A stretch of DNA of 39,557 nt from Proteromonas lacertae. Taxonomy: Eukaryota. The notes under the pieces are model-generated. The model saw only the letters and a program-made list of their open reading frames with translations. It was not told the origin of the DNA and searched no databases. The stretch covers positions 1-39,557 of the forward strand of contig NGBS01001220.1 in NCBI GenBank assembly GCA_002245135.1, written 5' to 3'. Shown here one piece after another: positions 1 to 12,567 of the stretch (its first letter is position 1; the number at the start of each line of letters is the position of its first letter). The translations under genes were made by a program, and so were the position numbers.

Positions 1-3000
1 TTGAATCTTTCGATATGGGTGGTGATGTGGAATTGAAAAACCTTGTATATTTTTATATAAATATTACTGTTGCGCATAGTCAATTAAACCTGATGCATTG
101 AAAGATCTTAATTTACCAATCCAAGTGAAAGCTGGATTTTTAGGCAAATTAGTATTGAAAGTGCCATGGAAAAACATCACATCCAGACCTACATTAGTAG
201 TTATTGAAGATGTCTATCTTGTCGCAGTTCCAAACAGAGAAATTGTGTATGACGAGAAAAAAGAAAGAGAACGTCAAAGAGAAGCAAAACAACAACAATT
301 AGAGCTATTAGAATCTCAGCAAGAAGCTTATGAAAAAGATGAAAAGTCACAAGCTGGATTTGTAGCAAAAATGGTTTCTTCCATTATAGCTCAACTACAA
401 GTTCAAATCAATAGAATTCATATTAGATTTGAAGATAAAAGTTCTGATCCTTTACATCCATTGCTTGTGGTGTAGTTTTAAGACAATTACAAGTTAATTC
501 TGAAACTGATTTAAAAGAGGTTGTTGTTGATATATTCAAAAAGAGTTTAGATATTAGAGACTTCGGATTTTATTTCGATAATGATGTAAAGAAGTTTGCA
601 AGAACAGATGTTGTTGAAGAATTTCAATCAGATTTACGAAGTGTATTTGATTACAAGCCAGAAGTGTTAGATATAAAGAGATATATCATTGAGCCAATGG
701 AATTGTCATTAACATTGTCATATAATCAAAAATCAAGAAATGAGAGAATATTTACAAGTGATCAGATTATAAAAGTTGCTATGAGTCATTTAAAATGGCA
801 TGAAGAAGATGAATTTGTATATTTCTTAACTCATTCATGGATTAGTGCTGTAGGTAGTGGAGATAAGACTCCTGATCAGATTTTGGAAAAATACAAAGAA
901 ATTTGTAGAACTAATCCATCTGTTCCAGAAGAAAAGTATTTCATATATTATTATTTTATTCATATAGAGCTCTATGCTTTCATAATGAAGCTATTAAGTA
1001 TTTCAATGAGCCAGTACCTTTAGCAGATGTTTCGTTATCTCTTAAAGAGATAAAATGTTCATTACATAAAGAACAATATCGTGATATACTTACATTTGTC
1101 AGTCAATTATCTTCATCTCAAGCCGCGGCTCGTTACAAACATTTAAAACCAAACTGCAGACCAAATAGTAAAAGAAATGCAAAATTGTGGTGGAAATTTG
1201 CATATAATTCAGTTTTGATGGATTATCGTCAGAATAACAAAACTGATTCCTGGAAGAAGATGTTTGCAAGAATGCATACTCAATCAAGATATATAAAATT
1301 ATACAAACAGAAATTAGAAGCACAATCTAACAAGAAAAAACTCGATAATCTAATCAATACCGAAATCATCAACTTAGAAACTGATTTAGATATTAATGAT
1401 ATTAAATTATTCAGGAAATTAGCAGAAGCTCAACGAGAAATTGAATTAAAAGAAAAGAAAGCCAAAGAAAAAGAAGAAAACAAGAAAAAAGGATTTTTCT
1501 CAAAGATGTTTAGTAGATCATCCAGTGACAGTTCAACAGAAGAATTTAAGTTCGAATGGACAGCAGAGAAACAAGCAGAATTATACGAAACATTGAATTA
1601 TGATCCAAATGAAAAACAACCATGGGAATTAGCAGCTGAAACTGATTTATTGGCTGGATTTTCATTCTCTTTGAGATTATTTGAATTTCAATTGATTGAT
1701 AATAGTATATTTTTAACTCTCTTATTCTTTTAATAGATATTTCTTTACTTAATTTCACTAGTAAGATGTTTAAAGTGGATTGTAATGTGAGAAAATCATC
1801 TGTAGAGTTATGGACTAATGTTCAATCATTCAGTGTTGAAGATCCTTCACCTATTACACATTATAAGACTTTAGTTAAGCCAATGAACATAGATAAAAGC
1901 TCAGTATATATTATAATATATTATTATTATTATTATTTGTTTAGGATACTTATTTAGATGTCTATTTCTCAATGCCAATTCCAATTGCACCAAATAAACC
2001 AATTACTGTCAATTTAAGATCTCAACCAGTAGAAGTAGTAGCTAATATTCCTTACTTTATGACAATTGGAACATTCTTTATTCCTCCAGATGCTTTTAAT
2101 ATTGGTAAGATAGATGATTCAGTAGTAGATTCAATTATGATGATGAAACAAGCATCTTCTACAAAGTTTTATGAAGTGTTTAATGATCATATCAGTCTTG
2201 ATTTAGATATACAGTTTAATGCTGGACAGATTGTTATACCACAAAATCTCAATGATGATCCATCTAAAGTATTGTGCATGGTTTGTTCAATGAAGAATAT
2301 TGTAATACAATCAACACATAAACCGTATATATTATTATTATTATTATGTAAATAGTGTTCCAGAGATAGCCAGTATTGAATCAGTTGATATTAACAATGT
2401 GTCCAATCTCTATGATGATATAAATATATCACTCAATAAGATGTCAGCTGTTTCAGTTCATGGTGTTCAAAATGCTAATAAGTTACTGTTGAATGGTGGT
2501 AATGATGGTAATTTCAAAGCATTGGTTGAACCATTTAACTTATCAGGTATTCTATCTAATTCAATGTTACCTTCACATCCTGATTTACCTACTATTTCAA
2601 TTACAATGAATTTAGAACCTGTTATTATTAATATTGATTCTGAAAAGTATATAATATTTTTTTATTTTATTTAAATAGTTATGCTGATTTAATAAAGTTA
2701 TTAGAATCAATAACATCAGTATCATTCTCACCAGATACAACCAATCAACAAGAGTTGAACAATGAACAAATGTTAGCTGTAGAATTAAAACAAAAGTTAC
2801 GAATTAAGAATGTAGAGTTAAATCATACATGTATTGAGTGTTATAAGAAATTTGCCAGTGAAAAAGCCTTAAAATCTCATCTTTGGATTGTACATGAAAT
2901 AGACTATGATAGTGAAAAGATGAAGTCTTATATTGATAACAAAGTAAAGAAACAATTAATGAATAGAAATGATGATATCAATATAGAAAATAACATGAAA

Positions 3001-6000
3001 ATCCAAGAGAAATTGAACTTATTATTATCAGCTGAAAACTTTGAAATATTGAGAAAGAATACTATATTTAAAGGTAATTTCGTAGTTCAAGATATTGCAG
3101 TGAAACTATCAAGAAATAAAGAACAATCATTAATAGATATTCATGTATCAAATGTTTCAGCTGATATAACAAGAAGACAATATGATACAAAGATAATATC
3201 AAGTTTAGGTCAGTTGTATATCATTGATAATTATGAAGCAAAGAAAGCAGTATATATATATATCTTATATTTATATATTCATTTTATAGAATTCAACTGA
3301 ACCTGTTTACTTCATGAATTCCAGTGGTGGTGATGGTAATAATAAAGACAATAATAATTCATTGTTCTTAGTTGATTTAACAATGGTTGAATTAGGATCT
3401 CCACTTTATGATTCAATAGGTACAGATATGAGTATCAATGCAAGGTTTGGTAAAATGGATTTATTTATACACAATGACACTGTATTAGAAGTATTGAAAT
3501 TCTTCTTATCCACTCAATTACCATCATCCAAACCAGAGAAAGGAAATGGAAAAGAAGAAGAAGAGAAAGAAGAAGAAAAGAAATCTATTTCTTCATCATT
3601 TGTGTCCTTTGTTAATACTTTACCCAATATTGACACTAATAAAATCTTACAATCTAAAAAAGAAGAAGATTTAATAGATGTTAATAGAAATGAAATAAAA
3701 TTATCATTAGAATTTCATTCATTTACAGTTACTCTCTTTACAAATGATAGTAAAGAAATCACAAGATATGAATTTGGTAATTCCAATGTTGATTTAGAAA
3801 TGAGACCTTTTGGTATATTTATCAGTGGAAACTTTGGTTATTTATCACTTATCGATTTAAGAGGAAAATCCTTGTCAGAATATAGAGATATTATATCAGC
3901 TGGAATAAAGAAAAGAATGAAAGTTTTATATCATTTAATTTAGTAATGTATAAAATGACCAAGCATCCTGATTATCCTGGTTATGATATTGTTATTAGTT
4001 GTTCATTGAATCACTTAAAAGCTGTGATGAATGGTTATTTCTTTATTGCATTATTACAGTTTTATATGGAGTTAGTTATACCTTTAATGAAGATATTGAA
4101 TGAATATTTACCATCCAATGAAACTGATAATAATAACAAATTGCAACAACAACAACAACAACCTAATAATGATTTAGCATCTGCAAGTATTAAAGATTAT
4201 GATTTATCATCTGTATTACCATTAATCAACTTAACAATAGGTAATTTACAGGTAATTATACCTCGTCATGAAACAAGTAAAACCTATTTAAATGCAGGAA
4301 TGTCTGAGTTGAAATTATCCAATATCAAACCATCAACTAAAGATGCAAATGATATTGTGAATTCATTATCTAAATTGTCGTTGAAAATGAATAATTTATA
4401 CATATCATCACAAATACAACAACAAAATAATAATAATCTATTAAAACAAATTATATTGGGTCATACTGGATTTGAAGTGAATTGTATTATTCTAAAAGAT
4501 ATATCTGTAAATGTAAACATGTTACCATTATGTTTTGTTATTGATCATAAACAGATTGATTGTATTTTATTCATTTTAAATGATAATCTAATGCCATTAT
4601 TGAATTTAGTTTCACTATTACCACCATTACCATCATCAGCATCAAATACTGAAAATGATACAAAACAAATAATCAATGAATTAAAAGAGAATCAAAATAG
4701 ACTATCAGTGATAGGTGAAGATGATGAAGAAGAATCAAGTGAAGAGGAAGAAGATGAAAGTGATTTAAATACACCTGGTAGTGAACATGTTAAACATCAT
4801 CATCACAAACATCATCATAAACATCACAATCATACTCAAATTAACACTGAGATGTTGAATTTAGATGTAATTAATGAATATATACCAACTACAAGTGTTA
4901 ATGCTTATTTTACAGCTGTTACTTTGGAAGTATTTAAATCAGAAAATCCATTTGATGATAATACTGAAAGTGTAACAATTCAAAAGAATTTCGGTAATAA
5001 TGAAGATTCATTAGCTTTATTCCAAATAGGTGAAATGATTGTTTTCTTAAGAATAAATGAATCAATTGAATTAAGATATCAATTAAGAGATATTACATTG
5101 AAAGATACTAGACACAATTATGAAATAGTTGAAACGGCTAGAAATATTATTAAATTTGGTGCATTAGGTCAACCAGCAGCTACTTTGATATTCAATATGA
5201 AAACAAATGAAAATAAAACAACAGAAATGGGAATTGATATGAATTTAAGTGAAATCTATTTATGTCCAACATCATTATTATTTGAACTTTTAAATTGGTT
5301 CTTCCAGAAAGAGAATGACAATGAAAAAATAGAAAAATCAAATGAAATTGTTTTTATAGAAAATCTACTAAAAGGTAATGAAAGTGATAATATGTTATTA
5401 TTATCTGATACAATCACTACTACAACATTTACTCCTCGTACAATTAATGACACTAACACAGATGCAAAGAGTGTAGATACAATGACAACTGCAACTTCAG
5501 TAACAACCATAGAAACAACAACAAAGATAAAATTAGATGTGAAATTCTCATTGACCAATATTGCATTATTCTTCTTCCAAAATGAATGTGATAAGAATTC
5601 ATTTGTATTGTCAATCGGTATAGGAATGAGTGGTAAGTTTGATATGGATGAAAAGATGAATATTTCAACCCAATTAAGAACTGAAAGATTGTATGGATGT
5701 GTTATAAAAACTGATTTAATTATTCCACCAATTAATGATTCATTCTCTATTTTACCTACATCCTTAATATTGAATTGTAATATTAAAAATAACTTCAAAG
5801 ATATTGGATATGAGATAATTGCTGATAAAAGATTGGTTGTAAGATTATCTTATAAAGATATAATGATAATGAGTGGAACAATGGAGACTTTAATGAAATG
5901 TATTAACACGTTACAACCATCACCAGATGAAGCTGCTGCAGCAGAAGCAACAACAACAACAGAAAAAGTAGAAGAAAAGGTGGAAGAAAATGTGAATAAT

Positions 6001-9000
6001 GGTGGAGGTTTAATCTCTTCTGGTTTACCTAACATCAGTTTACATGGAAAGATATCAATGCCTGGATTATCCGCTTTATTGTTAGTAGATAGTCCAAAAG
6101 AGAAATATCCAATTCTATCATTTACATTAGACAAAATCAAATGTGAAATGAAGAACTTTAGTAATATAAAATTCCAATTCACTCTATATTCATTCTATTA
6201 CAATATCGATTTAGCTGTTTTTGAACCATTAATAGAGAAATGGTCAATTAGTTCAACTATGAAACTACAAATAATCAGTAAAACAACAAGTGTAGATTTA
6301 GATATAAGAAGTGATAAAGTATTAGAAATAAATGTTAGTATATTGTTATTGAAATCATTGTTATTATTCTCTGAAAGTATTACAAATATTGATAAAGAAA
6401 CGCCAACAAATACAGAAACAAAAGGTGAAAATAATAATATTGAAATACACAATAAAAGTAATTATAATTTCATTGTCAATATACCAAGACCAGATTTAAC
6501 AGCTAATACATATTCAACTATGAGTTTAAAGAATGATGTAATCTTTGATTATGATATTATCAGAATATCTTATTGTAATATGAAGAAAGAAAATGAATTA
6601 ATTCCAGTGAAACTAGTAAGAGATTCACATGGTTATAATATTCAATCATTGTTTACAAAGAATAATGAAAAGTATTCATCCTTACCAAGAGCTGAAATAG
6701 TAAAAGATATGAAGAATACTATTAAATATTGCACTAATAATGATAGTACTGAAGTAATAATAGAATTCTTATCTGAAATGGAATTTAATCAATGGAAAAA
6801 TATTGCTGATAATAAAATCGAACTACATGATACATCCTCTTCCATATTATCATTAATCAGTACAACAAGTGATGATAAATATTTGAAAATATGGAATAAA
6901 GATCAACCATTGAATTATGATAATGTTATTGATACTGGATATCCATGTAATCCTTATGTTTTCAAACCATCTCAATCTGCTTTATCTAGAAGAATTGAGT
7001 TTATATATGGAGAGAATAATAAAGAAGAAAATAAGGTTGAAAATAGACAACTAATTAATGTCGATAGAAGTGGTTTTACTCGATATAAACTCATCAATGA
7101 GAATAAATCAATATTTGTCGAAGTATTACCAATTCATGGAGAAAAACATGTTATAATTAGAAGTGAATATGATATTATCAATGATTTAGATATGCCATTA
7201 AGTATTAAATATACTGAAGAGAGTAAAGAAGAAAATATAAATAATAATGAAAGAAGTTATGTTCCAACAAGTGTAGTTGATAATGGTGAAGCAGTTATTA
7301 CAATATCCAATGAATTATTAGGAAAATATGAATTTAAATTGAATGAAATAATTACAGATAAAAGAAATAATACTCATGTTTATTATCATACAGCTAAATT
7401 CGTTAAAGAAATAGCAAAAGAAGGAAGTAGTGAAAATGAGCAACATACAAATTATATATTATTACAAATAAATGTTGAAAGAACATGTGATAAAATCAAT
7501 ACAAATGATTGTTTCCCAATATTCACTATTCACTTTAAATACCCATTTTATATATACAATACATTATTATATAGTTTGAAAGTAAAATGCAATACAAAAG
7601 ATTCAAGTTATGAAAAAATATTTTCATTAGATTCTGGTAAATATGAGAAGTTTTGGTTAGAAATTAATAATTTAGCTGAGATGGAAATTATGGCAGCTGA
7701 TACTGAAGACAACTTAAAAGATAATGAAAATAAGTTGAAATTAATGTATTATAGAGTAATGAAATTATCAATAAAACGAGGAGAATCTCATCAAACAATA
7801 AGTGTTGTATTGGAAAGAAATGCGGATCAAAGTTATTCAATCTATTTATATGATGAAGTATGGATAATTAACCATAGTGGAAGTGATATGTATTTAACCA
7901 GTAAAAAGAATGATAAAAATGCAATTTCAATACCTTCAACACAAGTATCTTTAACTGATATTAAGCCAGATGAAAAAGAAAAAGAGAATATTCCAAAGAA
8001 TATAACAATTCCTATGAGTTTTACTACATCATCTAATGATAATAGATTATTCTTTACTTTAGATAAAAGTATATCTACTACATCTGAACCATTTAATCCT
8101 AAAACTGTTGGTATTGATGTTCCATATAGAATTCCAATTAGTAAGAGTGAAGGAGATAAAGAATATATTATTGCTTCTTATTTAGGTAGAAGTTTATTCA
8201 GCCATACTTCAATCATTGAAATTAGACCAAAATATTGGGTTTGGAATAGATCTGAAACTGATATATCAATTAAACAATATAAACAGAGTAAAGAAATTAA
8301 AGTAAATGCTAATACTTCTATTCCATTTAATTGGACTTGTATTGATGATAAAAACAGCAATAATATGTTATTACAATTTACACCTGTTAATGGTAAAGAA
8401 GGAGATGATAGTTCTTATGAATATAGATGGAGTGGATTATGTAAAATTGATACTTTAACTGTACCAATCATTATAAAGAGTAATAATAAAGAGAATAAAG
8501 ATAGAAAATACTTTACAATTAGTCATACTGTTAGTAATGACAGTATAGTGTTTATCATTCAAAAATTGGAAATAGAAAATTCTAATTTCATGTTTTATAA
8601 TAATACTAGTCGTTATTCTATTATAGCACATCCTCGTCATTGTGATTATTCAAATACAATTGAAATTAAACCATTAGAACATAAAGGATATGCATGGAAA
8701 GAACCATTAAAATCTTCACTTATTGTATTATCAATTCTTCCAGATAATCCAATGGAAATAAATAAATATAAATTAGAAGATTATGAACCATGTTCTACTT
8801 ATACAAATATAATGTCTTTTGACAAAAATACTGAGCAAAAAATATTCAAGATTGGTGATACTGAAATTACAGCAACTGTTCATTATGAGAATGGTAAAAA
8901 GGTGATAATATTTGATGATAAACACTTCACTATTACAAGTTTATCAGATATAAACCATAATTTGAAGATAATGAATAGAATAAAGTTGAATATTGATGAA

Positions 9001-12000
9001 GAAATGAAAAAATTAGAAACAGAAAGATTGGAAATTGAAAAAGAGAAAGAAGATAGTAAGAATTTAATTATTCAATTATTACATTGTAATGGAGTAGTAA
9101 GAGAAAAAGATAATAATTATTATTGTGTAATAGAATGTGATGGTCAAAAATATAGAAGTAATAATGTACAAAAAACACCAAATCCATACTTTAACAAATA
9201 TCAAGAAATACCAAATGTCAAAAGTAATGAAGTTAAGATTATTGTTTATTTAGCAAAAGATAATAGTTATTATGGTAATCCAATAATGTTGAATTTAGAT
9301 GATTTTGAAGTGAATAAACCATATTATAAGCATATACATATATCTCCACAATGTTCTTTATTATTCAATATTGTCAGTTGTTCAAATATAAAATTAGGTA
9401 AAAATATATTACAGAATTATTTGTATGAATTACATAAGACTGAATTAACAACAATATCCAAGAAATTATTAGAAAATGAATTGAAGATAAAGAGTGGAAA
9501 ACAAATCAATAGTGGAAAAACAGAAACAGTAATGAAAATACAAGTAACCAATGCTCATATTCCATTTGAAGGATATGTATATGCAGTAATCCAAACACAG
9601 AATAGTGATAAATTCTCCACTGTTGATAATTACGTTGAGATTGAAGATATTAGTGAAGATATTGGTGAATTAACTCCAGTAACAGTTACAATAGATAACT
9701 ATACACCTGAAAAATTAAAAATCTCTTTGATAAATGATGAATTTTATGTTTCTAATGTCAGTAAAGATTATGGTATTTATTACAACATAGAAATAGGTTC
9801 AGAAGTCAAACAAATTGATGATCATTCGTTAGATAATATGTCATTGAAAGATGTGATAGATTTATTAGGTGAAAAGACATCACATAAAATCACATTAATT
9901 CAAAATGTGAGAACTCAAGGTTATGGAACAGTTCAATGGGAAGATTTATATATTCTTCGACATACACTCGATAAAAACGATTCAATTCAAATCTCAATAT
10001 TTGGTCAATCAGAGAATCTGGTAAGTGATAGTAACAAAGGAAATATCTTAACATTTACAGGAGAAATAGTAAAAGATGAACCATTAACAAATTTAGGTCA
10101 AAAATCTCCAAATGATATATTATTGGGAAGTACAATAATCCAATTCAATCCTGATGAATTACAAAGTGTGATATTAATAAATGAGAATGGAAGTTCAATC
10201 AATTTATCAATCTCTTATGAAACATTAAATACAAAACTATCTGTGATGGATATAAACTGTAAATGCAATATTCGTGGAATTGGTATTTCCTTTATATCCT
10301 CTGAACCTCGTGATTTATTATACTTCACAATGAGAGAATTAAATGGAAATATATCTTATAATACATTAGGTGGAATGACAATTCAAAGTTCATTGAAAAC
10401 AATTCAATTAGATAATTTAATTCCCAATTGTGCTTATCCAGTGTTATTATACACTCCAGAAAGTGATAAAAATGCATTAGAAATGAAGATTCAAAGTAAA
10501 GAAAGTAGTTTTTATGAATTAATCGAATTTAATTTACAACAATTTATAATTCATTTCCATACAGATACATTGAAAGTGTTATATGATGAAATAAATCATT
10601 TATCAATTGAACATTTAATGAATTATGAAATTAATCCGTTAGAGAATTACAGTCCATTGTTTATGTTAGATATAAATGAATATGAAAAAGATATGATTTA
10701 TATAACTCATTTGAGAGTTCCTCCAATCAAATTACGAGTAACATTTACAGTTGGTGATAATAATTTCTTAGAATTTTTACCCAAAACAATTCGAGCGATA
10801 ATTGGAAGTGTATTAAATATCGCTGGAAATTTAGAAGATGTAGTAATAAAAATCAATCCTTATCATACAAATTATTTATATTATTCTACTGTATATATTA
10901 TTATTATTATTATTATTATAAATAGATGTTATTAATCTACAATGTAATTGGTCATTATTACAAACAATTTGTACTTCAAGGCTTGAAAGTATTTGGTAGT
11001 TTAGATGTGATAGGAAATCCATTTGGTTTAGTAAAGAATATTGGAATTGGATTTCGAGATTTATTTTATGAACCAGCAAAAGGTTTAACTAAAAGTCCAG
11101 CAGCATTTGGTAAAGGAATAAAGAAAGGAGGAGTATCTTTTGCAAAACATACAGCTGGTGGTGTATTAAATACAGTTGGTAAATTAACAAATACAGTTGG
11201 TTCATTAGCTCATGGTTTAACATTAGAAAAACGAAAAGAGCCAATTCATAGTAAGAATGCCAAAGCTGGAATTGAGAATGGTGGAAAAGCGATATTTAAT
11301 GGATTTAAAAGTGGTTTTACTGGTTTAATAAATGATCCAAAGAAAGGTTTAAAAGAAGGAGGTGTATTAGGTTTAATGAAAGGAATAACAACTGGAGTAG
11401 TTGGATTAGCTGCAAGACCAGTAGCTGGTGTATATATTATATATTATATATTATATTTATATTAATAGATAATAGATGGAGTATCTTATACAGTAAATGG
11501 AGTAAAGAATTCAGTAAGTGGTGAAAAGGAACGAAGTTTAATTCGAAAAATGCGATATTATGATAGTAGTCGAATAATCTATGGATATGAAGATCGAGAC
11601 AGTTTGGGATTATCCATAATGCAAAAGAACAAAATGAATATAGATCAATATTTATGGTGTGAAATCTGTAACAATCGTCAAAATGTATTAATGGTGAATA
11701 GTCAAGAAATAATTAGTTTTGATAATCGAAGTAATAAAAGACTTTATCGAATAAGTATAGATAAAGTATCAATAAAATATGATGGATGTATATTGAATTT
11801 ATTACATGATGGTAATAAAAGTGAAACTTTTATATTTCAGAGTGAAGAAACATGTGAATTTTTAAATGAATTAATAAAACAGATGAAAGAAATGGAATGT
11901 TTAGATATTGAACATATGTGGGAATTGAGACAATGGATATCTAAGAATGCTCCATCTAATAATTCGATAAAAGAAATTGATAATAATGGTGAGAGTGAAT

Positions 12001-12507
12001 TAAATGATGAAAATGAATTAGATAATAATAATAATATAAAAGAAAAGAAGATCGAAATGGAGAAATTGAAGATAATTGATATGAGATTCGTAGGTCATGA
12101 TAGCCATAAAGAAGATAAAGATATAATAGGAAGTGCTCGTAGTTTTATAGTTTATCGATTAGAAATGATAAGTGAGAATAATGTTTATAGTTTTAATACA
12201 TTTAAAAGATGGAGTCAATTACAATGGTTATTCGATAAACTTCATAGTTTAGATAAAAATATAAAAATTCCCAAAGAAAATCTATTTAAAGCGTTTGGAA
12301 CAAGTATGAAATATATATATTATAATTATATTCTGAATAGAAGTTCATTTAAAATCGAAAGATGATAGTGGTTTAATAAAAGAAAGATCTGAAGCGATAA
12401 TTCATAATATAGAAGTAATAAAGAAGAATAAATGGTTAGAGAGTAATACTATGTTGATAAATTTCTTGAAAGAAGATGCAATAAATGTGAAAAGAATAAG
12501 TGAATGA
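1..12507 (+). CDS. VPS13: VPS13-family bridge-like lipid transfer protein (5' end outside window; multi-exon; a few probable sequencing frameshifts)
   Basis: Chorein_N-type N-terminus (LNLSIW..GDVELKNL|SIKPDALKDLNLPIQVKAGFLGKLVLKVPWKN; QVQINRIHIRFED), WWKFAY motif, FEPLIEKW, VAB-type repeats (PKYWVWNRS, YAWKEP) and the VPS13 C-terminal signature (GSLDVIGNPFGLVKNIGIGFRDLFYEP; GVVGLAARPVAG). Short GT-AG introns (e.g. 45-79 and near 936-968, 1705, 1905, 2325, 2647, 3250, 10891, 11430, 12305) join the ORF fragments. Stop TGA at 12505-12507. Single-base deletions near 18, 461 and 3904. Confidence 0.95.
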
Positions 12508-12567
12508 GATGTTTGAATAATAAAAATATAACAATAATAATATTTGATTAATAATAGAATTGTATTT

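Noticed and set aside
1..3945. Frameshifts in VPS13 at ~18 (tgg-gt-ggt), ~461 (cca-tt-gct) and ~3904 (gga-at-aaa)
   Set aside because: Each is repaired by adding one base to a homopolymer, and there is no common slippery motif, so these are probably sequencing errors.
4720..4835. Acidic tract followed by a His-rich tract in VPS13
   Set aside because: Probably a disordered low-complexity loop typical of AT-rich genomes; no evidence for a metal-binding role.
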